DNA from: Mycobacterium leprae TN
GTDB lineage: Bacteria; Actinomycetota; Actinomycetes; Mycobacteriales; Mycobacteriaceae
Length of the DNA stretch: 32,000 nucleotides
Assembly: GCF_000195855.1 (NCBI RefSeq)
Contig: NC_002677.1
Location: forward strand, 1,020,001 to 1,052,000
Direction: 5' to 3'
Shown here: in pieces, positions 1 through 10,180 of the stretch
How the letters are laid out: every line of letters begins with the position of its first letter
How positions within the stretch are numbered: the first letter of the stretch is position 1
The notes under the pieces: model-generated
Database searches by the model: none
The model's input: only the letters and a program-made list of their open reading frames with translations
What the model was told of the DNA's origin: nothing
Translations under genes and position numbers: made by a program

Positions 1-442
1 AGATTACGCCAGGACGGCCGATCACCCGATGCACCGCGTCAAAGTGGCCATTAGCGGCCACACCCGGGCTCACCCGCCACTTGCCACGCAGATTGTCCAG
101 GGCCCATGCCGCTCCGCCGGTTTGGCCTTCGGCTTTGTGGTAGACCGATTGCTGGGTCCGTCGACCGAAGATGATGAACGCCACCAACGCGCCGAGCACC
201 ACGCCGAGCAGGATCAAGGTGATCATGGTCAATCCGCCGACTAGAACTCCTGCCGTCACCGAGGCGCTCACCATCAAGGAGAAGGCGGCAATCATGTACG
301 GTATCAGTCGCTTGTCTTCCGTGCGTTGAATCGTGAACGCCTGCCACAACTGAAGGCGGCGTTGTCGAGACGCGGCCTTACGGGCAGCTTTCGCCTCCGC
401 TCTCGCGGCCTTGTGCGCAGCGGCATTTCGGGGTTTAGCCAT
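1..442 (-). CDS. Conserved membrane protein, DUF4191 family (Rv2219-like). N-terminal 147 codons only; the gene continues past the window start.
   Basis: Absent from the ORF track because it runs off the edge. Reverse-strand ATG at 442-440 opens a stop-free frame to position 1: MAKPRNAAAHKAARAEAKAARKAASRQRRLQLWQAFTIQRTEDKRLIPYMIAAFSLMVSASVTAGVLVGGLTMITLILLGVVLGALVAFIIFGRRTQQSVYHKAEGQTGGAAWALDNLRGKWRVSPG... It has a Lys/Arg/Ala-rich N-terminus followed by two hydrophobic helices. It lies 26 bp downstream of lipA, as in recalled M. tuberculosis synteny. Confidence 0.8.
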   Translation of the reverse strand, partial: MAKPRNAAAHKAARAEAKAARKAASRQRRLQLWQAFTIQRTEDKRLIPYMIAAFSLMVSASVTAGVLVGGLTMITLILLGVVLGALVAFIIFGRRTQQSVYHKAEGQTGGAAWALDNLRGKWRVSPGVAANGHFDAVHRVIGRPGVI

Positions 443-468
443 AGTTATCAAGAATACGTAGGTGCGGC

Positions 469-1413
469 TTAACGGGATACCGAGGTACCGACGGTCCGGG
501 TGCCTGCAGCCTGCTCGTAGAGCCGACCGGCGCGATACGATGACCGCACCAGCGGCCCGCCCAGCACACCCGAGAAGCCCAAACCTTCGGCGTATTGCGT
601 GTACTCGACGAACTCCTCAGGCCTGACCCAGCGCTCGACCGGGTGGTGGCGCATCGACGGACGCAGATATTGGGTGATGGTGACGATGTCGCAGCCGGTT
701 TTGCGCAAATCGGCCAGGGCAGTGCGCACCTCATCAGCGGTTTCGCCTAGGCCGAGGATCAGGTTGCTTTTGGTGACCAGGCCGGCCTCGCGCGCTGCAG
801 TGAGCACGTCCAGGCTGCGTTGGTAGGTGAAAGCAGGCCGAATCCGTTTAAAGATGCGTGGCACGGTTTCGACGTTGTGCGCCAACACTTGTGGGCGTGA
901 GTCGAAGACTTCCGCCAGTCGCGCGGGCTGCCCGTTGAAGTCCGGAATCAACAGTTCGACCCCGGTCGACGGATTGAGCTCTTTAATGGCTCGCACGGTT
1001 GTGGCGTACAGCCAGGCACCGCCGTCGGGCAAGTCGTCGCGGGCGACCCCAGTGACGGTGGTATACCGCAGCCCCATGGTTTGCACGCTCTCGGCGACCC
1101 GTCGGGGCTCGTCGCGGTCCAACGCAGCCGGCTTCCCGGTGTCGATCTGGCAGAAGTCGCACCGGCGGGTGCACTGATCACCACCGATCAGAAAGGTGGC
1201 TTCCCGATCTTCCCAGCATTCGAAGATGTTGGGGCAACCGGCCTCTTCGCAGACCGTGTGCAGAGCAACACGGCGGACCAGGTTTTTTAGCGCGGTGTAC
1301 TCTGGTCCCATGCGGGCCCGGGTTTTGATCCATGGCGGCTTGCGCTCGATCGGGGTCTGTGCGTTGCGCACTTCTAATCGCAGTAAGCGGCAGTCTTCGG
1401 GCGCAACAGTCAC
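469..1413 (-). CDS. lipA: Lipoyl synthase (radical SAM)
   Basis: Track ORF 469..1617. Motifs [12 protein letters not shown] (auxiliary 4Fe-4S) and CTRRCDFC (CX3CX2C radical-SAM cluster). Start trimmed to GTG 1413-1411 ([17 protein letters not shown]...). The 68 upstream codons are Arg-rich, lie inside lipB and have no LipA-like content. This GTG overlaps the lipB stop as GTGA. Confidence 0.93.
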   Translation of the reverse strand: MTVAPEDCRLLRLEVRNAQTPIERKPPWIKTRARMGPEYTALKNLVRRVALHTVCEEAGCPNIFECWEDREATFLIGGDQCTRRCDFCQIDTGKPAALDRDEPRRVAESVQTMGLRYTTVTGVARDDLPDGGAWLYATTVRAIKELNPSTGVELLIPDFNGQPARLAEVFDSRPQVLAHNVETVPRIFKRIRPAFTYQRSLDVLTAAREAGLVTKSNLILGLGETADEVRTALADLRKTGCDIVTITQYLRPSMRHHPVERWVRPEEFVEYTQYAEGLGFSGVLGGPLVRSSYRAGRLYEQAAGTRTVGTSVSR

Positions 1414-2117
1414 AGTGTCGATGTTACGCTGGCAGGAGTGGACAGCCAGCTCAGGGCTAACCAACCGTCCAAAGCGTCGTTGACGGCCTCGGCGATCGCT
1501 GAGCGGACATCGTTGACGGCAACGGTGCGTCCGAGTTCGGCGGACAACGATGTCACCCCGGCGTCGCTGATGCCGCAAGGTACGATGGCGTGGAAGGCGT
1601 CCAGATCGCACTGGCAATTAAGCGCGAATCCGTGCATCGTCGTCGCACGTGACACCCGGACGCCGATAGCGGCGATTTTGCGCGCAGGCTGACCGGCACT
1701 GCCCGGCACCCAGATCCCGGAGCGGCCGTTGACTCGGCTGGTGTCCAGGCCCAGTTCCGCACAGACCTTGATCAATGCTTCCTCGAGGCGTCGAACATAG
1801 TTGACTACGTCGAGCGGCTCGGCAAGCCCAATGATCGGGTAGCCGACCAACTGCCCTGGGCCATGCCAGGTGATCTTGCCTCCGCGGTCGGTTTCCACAA
1901 CGGGAACGCCGTGCAGCGACGGGTTTGGTCGTTCGTGTGGCTGAGTTCGCCGTCCGGCGGTGTAGACTGGCGGGTGCTGCAGTAGCAGCAGCGTGTCGGG
2001 TCCGCCGGCGACCCTGGCGTCGGCCAGGTCTCGCTGTAGTTGCCAGGCGATGTGGTAGTCGACGGTGCCTAGCTGGCGGACATCGATCGCGGTCGGGATC
2101 GACCGGATGGAATCCAT
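1410..2117 (-). CDS. lipB: Octanoyl/lipoyl transferase
   Basis: Track ORF 1410..2225. LipB core [18 protein letters not shown] and the active-site Cys region IVPCGI. Start set to ATG 2117-2115 ([21 protein letters not shown]...). The 36 upstream codons are Arg/Pro-rich with no family resemblance. Confidence 0.92.
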   Translation of the reverse strand: MDSIRSIPTAIDVRQLGTVDYHIAWQLQRDLADARVAGGPDTLLLLQHPPVYTAGRRTQPHERPNPSLHGVPVVETDRGGKITWHGPGQLVGYPIIGLAEPLDVVNYVRRLEEALIKVCAELGLDTSRVNGRSGIWVPGSAGQPARKIAAIGVRVSRATTMHGFALNCQCDLDAFHAIVPCGISDAGVTSLSAELGRTVAVNDVRSAIAEAVNDALDGWLALSWLSTPASVTSTL

Positions 2118-2181
2118 CACGGAGCCCAGGCTACCCGTAGCCTGTGGGTGTTTGGGTCGTCGGGTGTGTTGCGGCCCGAGC

Positions 2182-3105
2182 CTAGTTCTGGCTCGGTCGG
2201 GTGGTCGCGTAACTGAGCGCCTCACCGATGGTGTTGTGGTGGAACTGGAAACCAGCGCGCTCCAGCGCGGCAGGGATGGCGCGCTGACCGATGAGCAGCC
2301 CTTCGTCGGCGAACTCTCCGAGGGCGGCCCGCACCGCGAAACTGGGCAGCATCAACGGAGTCGGGCGGTTGATTGCGCGACCGAATGCGGTGGTGAACTC
2401 CGCATTGGTGACAGGTGCAGGGCCGGTCAGATTTAATGGGCCGGAGAGCGATTGGTGCGAGATAGCGAATAGCAGCGCCCGCACTTCATCTTCGAGGCTT
2501 ATCCACGACATGTACTGACGGCCGTTGCCTATCCGGGCGCCTAAGGCGAAAGAAAACAACGGCCGCATCCGGCTCAGTACACCAGCCTCTTGAGCCAACA
2601 CCATGCCTGTTCGGGCGAGTATCACACGGGTACCGGCGTATTGAGCCGGCAGCGTGGCACCCTCCCAGTCCTGGCACAGCTGGGCCAGGAAACCTGTTCC
2701 TGCTCGGTCATTTTCATCGACCACGCGATCCCGCGTGTTTCCATAGTAGCCCACCGCGCTGGCGTTGATGAAGGTTTTGACACCAGCTTCCGCGACCGCG
2801 GCAGACAGCACTTCGGTCGGAGTGATGCGGCTGTCCCGTAGGTTCTGCTTGAAGGAGCCTGACCACCGACGCTGGCCCAGGTTGACTCCGCAAAGGTTAA
2901 CGACAGCATCGACGTCGGTTATTGCGTCGGTATCGAACTCACCGCTTTCGGGATTCCAGTGCAGTTCTTCGGCGTTAGCCGGCGTCCGGCGCACGATGCG
3001 CAACACCAGGTGATCGTTAGCGCGCAGCGCCGCGGCCAAAGCAGAGCCGATCATGCCGGACGAACCCGCTATCGCGACAACGGCCTTACGACTAGCTTGA
3101 GCCAC
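2182..3105 (-). CDS. NAD(P)-binding epimerase-family SDR with a C-terminal DUF1731-type extension (YfcH/Rv2216-like), function unknown
   Basis: 307-aa ORF starting at GTG 3105. Rossmann motif [13 protein letters not shown] at the N-terminus. GAGAGG lies 9 nt upstream of the start. Sits between dlaT (15-bp gap) and lipB (64-bp gap). Confidence 0.85.
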   Translation of the reverse strand: MAQASRKAVVAIAGSSGMIGSALAAALRANDHLVLRIVRRTPANAEELHWNPESGEFDTDAITDVDAVVNLCGVNLGQRRWSGSFKQNLRDSRITPTEVLSAAVAEAGVKTFINASAVGYYGNTRDRVVDENDRAGTGFLAQLCQDWEGATLPAQYAGTRVILARTGMVLAQEAGVLSRMRPLFSFALGARIGNGRQYMSWISLEDEVRALLFAISHQSLSGPLNLTGPAPVTNAEFTTAFGRAINRPTPLMLPSFAVRAALGEFADEGLLIGQRAIPAALERAGFQFHHNTIGEALSYATTRPSQN

Positions 3106-3120
3106 GTTGGCAAGCCTCTC

Positions 3121-4713
3121 CTAAAGACCTAGGTCGGCCTCGAATGCTCCCTCTTCGAGCCGGTGCTTGATGGTAGTGAGGAAACGTCCGGCATCGGCGC
3201 CGTCGATCAGTCGGTGGTCATAGGTCAGCGGCAGATAGCAAATCGCGCGGACCCCAATCGACTCATTACCGCTAGCATCGATGACCACCCGCGGGCGTTT
3301 TACGATGGCTCCGATGCCCAGCATTGCTGCCTGCGGCGGAACCAGGATCGGTGTGTCGAACAACGCGCCCTGGCTGCCGATGTTGGTAATGGTGAATGTG
3401 CCACCGGACAGCTCCTCGGGTTTCAAATTGCCTGACCGAGCCCGGGCGGCGATATCAACAATTGCGCGGGCCAGCCCGGCCAGCGACAAATCACCGGCAT
3501 AGTGGATAACAGGGGAGAGCAGGCCCTTGTCAGTGTCGATTGCGAAGCCGAGGTGCTCGGCGTCGTAATAGGTGATCTCCTTAGTGTCCTCGTTGTAGCT
3601 GGCGTTAATATTGGGATGAATTTTGAGGGCGTCGATCGCTGCCTTGGCGATAAACGGCAGGAAAGTCAGGTTCACCCCTTCGCGCTCGGCGAAAGCTGCC
3701 TTGGCTTTGGCTCGCAACCCCACAATCTTGGCCATATCGACCTCATGGGTCTGGGTGAGTTGCGCCGTGGCCTGCAGGGATTCGCGGGTCTTTTTCGCGG
3801 TGATTTGCCGAATCCGGCTGACCTTTTGGGTGGTGCCTCGCAAGTGGGCCAGCACGGGTGTCGGGGTGGGAGCGGCTGCTGATGGCGCGGATGTCGGTGC
3901 CTGCTGCTGTTTCCGTTGTTCGGCCGCGGCCAGCACGTCCTGCTTACGGATGCGACCGCCCACACCGGTGCCTATCACTTTGGCCAGGTCGATGTTGTTT
4001 TCGGTGGCGAGTTTTCGTACCAGCGGGGTCACGTACGGTGCGCCATTGGCTTCTTTCCTGGCTGGCGTCGGCCGGGACGGTACGGATTCGGCTCTGGGCG
4101 CTGGCGCGGGGGTGGCGATGCTGTCGAGAGTAACACCTATCCGTGCCAACTCACCGCCAACCGGGACGGTTGTGTCTTCGTTGGTGGTGATGCTGACCAA
4201 AACGCCGGCCACCGGTGACGGGATCTCGGTATCTACCTTGTCGGTCGATACCTCTACCAGTGGCTCGTCAGCCTGAACCGAGTCTCCGATCTTCTTAAGC
4301 CAGCGAGTCACCGTGCCTTCGGTTACAGACTCGCCGAGCTCGGGCATCAGAACCGGTGTCGCGGTTGCTGCGCCGGAAGGTTGCTGGGCCGGTGCGGCAG
4401 GTTGGGATGATGCTGCGGGTTCGGGTTGGGCCTTAGGTTCTGGCCGGGGCGCAGGCGCCGCTGCAGCCGCTTCGGAAGGCGCGCCGATAACGGCAAGTTC
4501 ACCGCCCACTTCAACGGTGTCGTCCTCCTGGGCGATGATTTTGGTCAGCACACCCGCGGCAGGCGAGGGGATTTCGGTGTCGACCTTATCGGTCGACACC
4601 TCGACGAGTGGCTCGTCGAGTTCGACCGTGTCGCCTTCCTGTTTGAGCCAGCGGGTAACTGTCCCCTCGGTGACGCTTTCACCGAGTGCCGGCATCTGGA
4701 CGGAGCAGGCCAT
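3121..4713 (-). CDS. dlaT: Dihydrolipoamide acyltransferase, E2 component of the 2-oxoacid dehydrogenase complex, with two lipoyl domains
   Basis: 530-aa ORF. Two copies of [14 protein letters not shown]...[15 protein letters not shown] (lipoyl-lysine in STDKV). Ala/Pro linkers, an E3-binding segment [10 protein letters not shown], and the catalytic motif DHRLIDG near the C-terminus. GAGGAG lies 9 nt upstream of ATG 4713. Confidence 0.95.
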   Translation of the reverse strand: MACSVQMPALGESVTEGTVTRWLKQEGDTVELDEPLVEVSTDKVDTEIPSPAAGVLTKIIAQEDDTVEVGGELAVIGAPSEAAAAAPAPRPEPKAQPEPAASSQPAAPAQQPSGAATATPVLMPELGESVTEGTVTRWLKKIGDSVQADEPLVEVSTDKVDTEIPSPVAGVLVSITTNEDTTVPVGGELARIGVTLDSIATPAPAPRAESVPSRPTPARKEANGAPYVTPLVRKLATENNIDLAKVIGTGVGGRIRKQDVLAAAEQRKQQQAPTSAPSAAAPTPTPVLAHLRGTTQKVSRIRQITAKKTRESLQATAQLTQTHEVDMAKIVGLRAKAKAAFAEREGVNLTFLPFIAKAAIDALKIHPNINASYNEDTKEITYYDAEHLGFAIDTDKGLLSPVIHYAGDLSLAGLARAIVDIAARARSGNLKPEELSGGTFTITNIGSQGALFDTPILVPPQAAMLGIGAIVKRPRVVIDASGNESIGVRAICYLPLTYDHRLIDGADAGRFLTTIKHRLEEGAFEADLGL

Positions 4714-4952
4714 CTGTTTTGACTCCTCGATCGCTCATAGTTAGGAGCAGGTCGACATCTGGCTTACCACACCGCGGTGTACCGGGCGGGGGACCCAGTG
4801 GATATCGGAACCATCCTGTCACTACGCCTTCGGCGGCATGCACTCAGGGCGGAGCGTATGGCGGTACACAGGGTAGCGCAATGGGCTTGCTACTGTGTGG
4901 CGACTTAAACTATTAGCAGATCTTATAGCAGGTAGCGGTAGGCGGAGGTCGG

Positions 4953-6743
4953 ATGCCAGCAACGCAGTCGATACACAAGGTGCCCCACCAGTTCGTCGAA
5001 AGTCCGGATGGCGTCCGCCTCGCTATCTATCAAAGCGGCCAACCCGAAGGTCCGGCCATCGTGTTGGTGCACGGCTTCCCCGATTCACATGTGTTGTGGG
5101 ATGGTGTTGTTCCGCTGCTAGCCAAGCGGTTCCGAATCGTTCGTTACGACAACCGTGGTGTCGGCCAGTCCTCGGTGCCCAAGCCCGTTTCGGCGTACAC
5201 CATGACCCGGTTCGCCGACGATTTCGCCGCGGTGATCGACGAGCTGAGTCCCGATCGGCCGGTGCACGTACTGGCCCACGACTGGGGTTCGGTGGGTGTG
5301 TGGGAGTACTTGAGCCGGTCCGGTGCCAGCGACCGGGTCGCCTCTTTCACGTCGGTGTCCGGCCCCAGTCAGGACCAGCTAGTTGATTACATCCTGAGTG
5401 GTCTGCGGCGGCCCTGGCGCCCGCGTACCTTCGCGCGCGCGGTGAGTCAGCTATTTAGGCTGACCTATATGGTGCTGTTTTCGATACCGGTTTTGGTGCC
5501 GATGGTTCTGTGGATCGCGCTGTCGAGTGCGACGATTCGGCGCACTATGGTCGACAACATTTCCACGGATCAGATCCATCACTCCGCCACCTTGGCCAGG
5601 GATGCTGCACACTCGGTGAAAACTTATCCCGCCAACTACTTTAGAGCGTTCTCCGGACGCCGACGCGGCAAGGGCGTCCCGGTAGTCAACGTGCCTGTGC
5701 AGCTGATCGTCAACACCATGGACCGGTATGTGCGGCCCTACGGGTACGACGCGACCGCGCGGTGGGTGCCCCGGCTGTGGCGACGCGACATCAAGGCCGG
5801 TCACTTTTCACCGATGTCTCATCCGCAGGTGATGGCCGCAGCGGTGCACGACTTAGCCGACCTGGTCGACGGCAAACAGCCGAGCCGTGCGCTATTGCGT
5901 GCGCAGGTAGGACGTTCCCGCGATACGTTTGGTGACACCCTGGTGTCGGTTACCGGCGCTGGCAGTGGGATCGGCCGCGAGACCGCGCTTGCCTTAGCGC
6001 GCCGTGGCGCCGAGGTGGTTGTCAGCGATATCGACGAGGCCGCTGCCAAGAATACTGCAGCGCAGATTGTCGCGAGTGGCGGTGTCGCCTACGCTTATGC
6101 ACTCGATGTGTCCGACGCGGCAGCGGTCGAAGCATTCGCCGAACAGGTCAGCGCTAAGCATGGCGTCCCCGATATTGTGGTCAACAACGCCGGCATTGGG
6201 CAGGCTGGGCGGTTCCTGGACACCCCGCCCGAGGAGTTCGATCGTGTGCTTGCGGTCAATCTAGGCGGCGTGGTGAACTGCTGTCGGGCATTCGGGCAAC
6301 GCCTGGTGGAACGTGGCACCGGCGGGCACATCGTCAACGTGTCGTCGATGGCCGCCTACGCTCCGCTGCAGTCGCTGAGCGCTTACTGCACTTCCAAGGC
6401 GGCCACCTACATGTTCTCTGATTGTTTGCGAGCCGAACTCGACGCCGTCGGGGTTGGGTTAACCACAATCTGTCCTGGTGTCATCGACACCAACATTATC
6501 CAATCTACTCGCATCGACACACCAACAGCAAAACAAGAGCGAGTCCGGGATCGGCGCGGGCAGCTGGACATGATGTTCAGGTTGCGCCGCTACGGACCCG
6601 ACAAGGTGGCTGACACGATCTTATCCGCGATTAAGAAGAACAAGCCGATCCGCCCGGTCGCGCCGGAGGCCTACGCGCTCTATGGCATTTCCCGGGTGCT
6701 GCCACAAGTATTGCGCAGTACCGCGCGGATACGAGTGATCTAG
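4953..6743 (+). CDS. ephD: Two-domain oxidoreductase: N-terminal alpha/beta-hydrolase (epoxide-hydrolase-like) fused to a C-terminal short-chain dehydrogenase
   Basis: 596-aa ORF. Hydrolase motifs HGFPDS and HDWGS. SDR motifs TGAGSGIGRETA (cofactor binding) and YCTSK (YxxxK). GGAGG lies 6 nt upstream of ATG 4953. Confidence 0.87.
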   Translation: MPATQSIHKVPHQFVESPDGVRLAIYQSGQPEGPAIVLVHGFPDSHVLWDGVVPLLAKRFRIVRYDNRGVGQSSVPKPVSAYTMTRFADDFAAVIDELSPDRPVHVLAHDWGSVGVWEYLSRSGASDRVASFTSVSGPSQDQLVDYILSGLRRPWRPRTFARAVSQLFRLTYMVLFSIPVLVPMVLWIALSSATIRRTMVDNISTDQIHHSATLARDAAHSVKTYPANYFRAFSGRRRGKGVPVVNVPVQLIVNTMDRYVRPYGYDATARWVPRLWRRDIKAGHFSPMSHPQVMAAAVHDLADLVDGKQPSRALLRAQVGRSRDTFGDTLVSVTGAGSGIGRETALALARRGAEVVVSDIDEAAAKNTAAQIVASGGVAYAYALDVSDAAAVEAFAEQVSAKHGVPDIVVNNAGIGQAGRFLDTPPEEFDRVLAVNLGGVVNCCRAFGQRLVERGTGGHIVNVSSMAAYAPLQSLSAYCTSKAATYMFSDCLRAELDAVGVGLTTICPGVIDTNIIQSTRIDTPTAKQERVRDRRGQLDMMFRLRRYGPDKVADTILSAIKKNKPIRPVAPEAYALYGISRVLPQVLRSTARIRVI

Positions 6744-6749
6744 CCCAGT

Positions 6750-6795
6750 TTACGACAGCAGTCAGACGGAGCTTACGACAGCAGTCAGACGGAGC
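6750..6795. repeat. Perfect tandem duplication, 23 bp x 2 (TTACGACAGCAGTCAGACGGAGC)
   Basis: Copies at 6750-6772 and 6773-6795 are identical. The first copy starts 6 nt after the ephD TAG (6741-6743). Confidence 0.95.
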
Positions 6796-7285
6796 GCTTT
6801 GTGGTTGGGTTACTGGCTGGCGTTGACTTCGGCTGTCGATCCAGTTACACGCCGACCACCGCAATAGCCCCGATAACGGCACAAGGGACATACTCCACGC
6901 GTGCCGGGTCAACACGGATGGCTCGCATTGGACCACATAGTTGGCATGCGGGATCGGCTGGTCGATAATCGGCATGCAGCTAGGATTACTGTTGTCAGTG
7001 CTCCAGGCCGTAGTGAGATCGATGTTGAGGGCATTTCTGCAGGCAACAACCGGCTGGTGCTGGCCGGCACCGATACCGGACACCAAGCCCCGATCACACT
7101 GGTTATCAGCACCACGGTGCTTAGTGGTGTAAAGATCAGCCGCTGTACAGTCACAGTCGGCCTTCCACAGGATTTTGATCGCTATCAGGTTGGAGCCGCG
7201 AGACGATCCGGCTAACCTGTCCGCTCTGAGCTCGCGCCTGGTTGATCTTCCCTCATCTAGCCAGCTTGGTCGTCGGCGAAGCGGT

Positions 7286-8854
7286 TTATCCGTGGTTGGC
7301 GATATCCTCGAGCATTGCGAACATGGTCCGGGTTGGCACACCGGTGGCGCCTTTGGGGGTATACCCCCACGGGCTGTCGGTGTTGTATGCCGGGCCGGCT
7401 ATATCTATGTGCGCCCAATCCACTCCGTCGGCGACGAATTCGCGGAGGAACGCGCCAGCCACCAGCATTCCGGCGAAACGTTGCCCGCTAACATTGGCCA
7501 GGTCGGCGACTGTCGATTTCAAGTCATCCTTGAGTTCGTCGGGCAGCGGCATCGGCCAGCCGTTCTCGCCGACCTGCTGCGAGGTCTTGGCAACCCGGTC
7601 GCGGAACTTGTCGCTGCCCATCACCCCGGGTATGCGGGAGCCCAGCGCCACTGTCTGCGCACCGGTCAGGGTGGATGTCTCGATCAGGTAGTCCGGGTTG
7701 TCTTGGCATGCCCGAACAATGGCGTCGGCCAGGATAAGCCGGCCTTCAGCGTCGGTGTTGAGCACCTCGACTGTGATTCCGCCGTATTGCGTCAGCACGT
7801 CGCCTGGCCGCTGCGCCGTTCCCGACGGCATGTTCTCAGCCATTGGTACGGTAGCGACTACGTCAATCGGCAGCTTCAATTGTGCGGCCAGCGTGATGGT
7901 CGCGATGACCGCGGCGGCTCCAGCCATATCCGAGGTCATATGGTGCATCGACGCCGCTGGCTTGATCGATATGCCGCCGGTGTCAAAGGTGATGCCTTTA
8001 CCGACCAGGGCCACCTTCCTGGCATTTTTGGGGTTCTTAGCCAGTCTTGATCCCTGATGAATCAGCCGCACCAGCCGCGGCGTACGCGATGAACCTTGAC
8101 CGACACCGATCACCCCGCCGTAGCCGGCTTTCTGTAACGCCTTATCGTCGAGCACCTCCACTTCAAGACCAGCGGATTCGCCCAAAGTCTTTGCGCATTT
8201 TGCAAATTCGGCGGGAAACAAGTGGCTTGGGGGAGTGTTAACCAGGTCACGGGCGGTGGCAACCGCGCTTGCCACAGTGGCGCCGTGCGCGCTCTGTTTC
8301 TTAGCGTCTTTTGCATTAGCTAGCACCGTGATTTTGCGCAGTCCGTTGTCCTTAGGTGCGGTTTTGCGGCTGCGGAAGTCGGTGAACCGGTAGCTGCCTA
8401 GCATCAGCCCCTCAACGACGGCTGAGCAGATACTGGCACCGGATTCCCCAGGCAACTCGGCCAGTGTGGTGATAACCACTTCCGCTCTGCCGAGTGAACG
8501 CGCCGCCACACCAGCGGCGCGACGGATCGTATCGGCGGGCCACTCTGACCGCGGCTTACCCAAGCTGACCGTTAACACGCTGCCTACCGGTAGCGACGGT
8601 GCTACTAACCGGTGTACCTGATCACTGCCACCTGTGGCTTCCAGTGCGCGCAGGCCGGCCTCGATTTCGGCGACCGCAGCTGCGGTTAGGAAAGGTTCGG
8701 CCGCAGCAACGACCGCGCCCGGCCGGTCTTCGGACTCGTCGCTGTCGCTGGCTGAGACGACGGGCACGATCAATACCGAAGAACTGACATCGTGTTTTGG
8801 CAGCGACGCGGCAACATGGACTGAAGGGCCTTGGTAGCCCGGATCGGTGGTCAC
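7286..8854 (-). CDS. pepB: Leucyl aminopeptidase (M17 family)
   Basis: Track ORF 7286..8860. M17 motifs [16 protein letters not shown] and [12 protein letters not shown]. Preferred start is GTG 8854-8852 ([12 protein letters not shown]...), with AGGGTGA ending 6 nt upstream. TTG 8860 is the alternative. Confidence 0.92.
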   Translation of the reverse strand: MTTDPGYQGPSVHVAASLPKHDVSSSVLIVPVVSASDSDESEDRPGAVVAAAEPFLTAAAVAEIEAGLRALEATGGSDQVHRLVAPSLPVGSVLTVSLGKPRSEWPADTIRRAAGVAARSLGRAEVVITTLAELPGESGASICSAVVEGLMLGSYRFTDFRSRKTAPKDNGLRKITVLANAKDAKKQSAHGATVASAVATARDLVNTPPSHLFPAEFAKCAKTLGESAGLEVEVLDDKALQKAGYGGVIGVGQGSSRTPRLVRLIHQGSRLAKNPKNARKVALVGKGITFDTGGISIKPAASMHHMTSDMAGAAAVIATITLAAQLKLPIDVVATVPMAENMPSGTAQRPGDVLTQYGGITVEVLNTDAEGRLILADAIVRACQDNPDYLIETSTLTGAQTVALGSRIPGVMGSDKFRDRVAKTSQQVGENGWPMPLPDELKDDLKSTVADLANVSGQRFAGMLVAGAFLREFVADGVDWAHIDIAGPAYNTDSPWGYTPKGATGVPTRTMFAMLEDIANHG

Positions 8855-9020
8855 GGGCAATCACCCTAGTCACCGGGGCAGAGATTAGCTCGGCGTCTGC
8901 TAATTCAAGCCCAATCAATCTGGGCTGCCGTCGGCCGTGAAGTTTCATCCAGGTAGCTGATCAGCGCGCGGGAATCTCCCCACGTGAGCCAGTAGCGGAG
9001 GTGGATTACGGTGGGACGAC

Positions 9021-10124
9021 GTGACCGATGCGCCAGAGCTTCTCAAGGGGCCGTTGGAAGACCGTCATCGCGAGCTTGGCGCGAATTTTGCCGAGTTCGG
9101 TGGCTGGCTGATGCCGGTGTCGTATGCTGGCACCGTCAGTGAACACAGCGCCACCCGTAATGCTGTGGGTCTATTTGACGTCAGCCACCTTGGTAAGGCG
9201 TTAGTTCGTGGGCCGGGTGCCGCGCAGTTCGTCAACTCCGTGCTCACCAACGACCTGGGCCGCATACGGCCAGGTAAGGCGCAATATACGTTGTGCTGCT
9301 CAGAGTCTGGTGGTGTTATCGATGACCTGATTGCCTACTACGTCGATGACGATGAGATCTTTTTGGTGTCCAATGCCGCCAATACCGCCGCGGTGGTCGA
9401 CGCATTGCAGGCGGTAGTGCCGGCCGGCCTTACCATCATCAACCAGCATCGCTCCCACGCGGTGTTGGCGGTCCAGGGTCCTCGATCAACGGACGTGCTC
9501 GGCGAGCTCGGGCTGCCAACTGGGATTGATTACATGGGTTACGTCGATGCTTCCTATGCGGGAGTACCGGTGCGCGTCTGCCGCACCGGGTACACCGGCG
9601 AGCAAGGCTACGAACTGCTGCCGCCCTGGGAGTCAGCAGATGTGGTGTTCGACGCGTTGGTCGCCGCTGTGGTTGACGCACGCGGGGAGCCGGCCGGCCT
9701 GGGCGCTCGTGACACACTGCGCACCGAGATGGGTTACCCGCTGTATGGGCACGAACTTTCGCTTGACATCTCGCCGCTGCAGGCCCGGTGTGGCTGGGCG
9801 ATTGGCTGGAAGAAGGATGCGTTCTTGGGCCGGGATGCGTTGCTGGCCGAGAAGGCGGCGGGGCCGCGACGGCTGTTGCGGGGCCTGCGAATGGCTGGCC
9901 GGGGAGTTTTGCGACCTGGGCTGACGGTGTGTGCTGGCGACATCCCGATCGGGGTCACCACGTCGGGGACGTTCTCGCCGACGTTGCAAGTTGGTGTCGC
10001 GTTGGCGTTGATCGACAGCGAAGCCGCGGTGCAGGACGGTCAGCAAATTATCGTCGACGTTCGTGGCCGTGCTGTCGAGTGCGAAGTGGTGCGTCCGCCC
10101 TTCATCGAAGTGAAGACCCGCTAG
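9021..10124 (+). CDS. gcvT: Aminomethyltransferase (glycine cleavage system T protein)
   Basis: 367-aa ORF from GTG 9021. Typical GcvT N-terminus [25 protein letters not shown], and the segment [12 protein letters not shown]. Confidence 0.92.
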   Translation: MTDAPELLKGPLEDRHRELGANFAEFGGWLMPVSYAGTVSEHSATRNAVGLFDVSHLGKALVRGPGAAQFVNSVLTNDLGRIRPGKAQYTLCCSESGGVIDDLIAYYVDDDEIFLVSNAANTAAVVDALQAVVPAGLTIINQHRSHAVLAVQGPRSTDVLGELGLPTGIDYMGYVDASYAGVPVRVCRTGYTGEQGYELLPPWESADVVFDALVAAVVDARGEPAGLGARDTLRTEMGYPLYGHELSLDISPLQARCGWAIGWKKDAFLGRDALLAEKAAGPRRLLRGLRMAGRGVLRPGLTVCAGDIPIGVTTSGTFSPTLQVGVALALIDSEAAVQDGQQIIVDVRGRAVECEVVRPPFIEVKTR

Positions 10125-10180
10125 CCTCTTTGCTTTAGCGCCACAAAAACCCGTTCGCACGCACATATACAATTGGCGCC

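Noticed and set aside
1414-1617. N-terminal extensions implied by the longest ORFs: lipA to 1617, lipB to 2225, asnB to 19639, and the Rv2203-like gene to 16325.
   Set aside because: The extensions are Arg/Pro-rich, overlap the upstream gene or lack family similarity. Better-supported internal starts exist, based on stop/start overlap, Shine-Dalgarno spacing, or the N-terminal Cys requirement.
4128-4713. Internal DNA repeat within dlaT (roughly 4128-4353 against 4489-4713).
   Set aside because: It is fully explained by the two tandem lipoyl domains of E2, an ancient domain duplication that is diverged at the DNA level. It is not a mobile or recent repeat.
4769-4780. 12-bp perfect palindrome ACACCGCGGTGT in the dlaT-ephD divergent promoter region, considered as an operator.
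   Set aside because: Perfect 12-bp palindromes are expected several times by chance in 32 kb. It has no flanking extension and no second copy.
6750-6795. The two tandem repeats (here and at 20837-20884), considered as a minimal CRISPR array or transposon ends.
   Set aside because: Each has only two directly abutting copies with no spacers. There are no cas genes, no inverted terminal repeats and no transposase anywhere in the window.
6631-7341. 236-aa ORF spanning the ephD 3' end, the spacer and the pepB 3' end, considered as an intact gene.
   Set aside because: Its only start codon lies inside pepB, and its end overlaps ephD by more than 100 bp on the opposite strand. Only the central spacer portion is kept, as a possible relic (see findings).
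8861-9020. Possible glycine riboswitch upstream of gcvT.
   Set aside because: I could not find the conserved glycine-aptamer core elements or a tandem-aptamer arrangement in the 160 bp. A covariance-model scan would be needed to overturn this.
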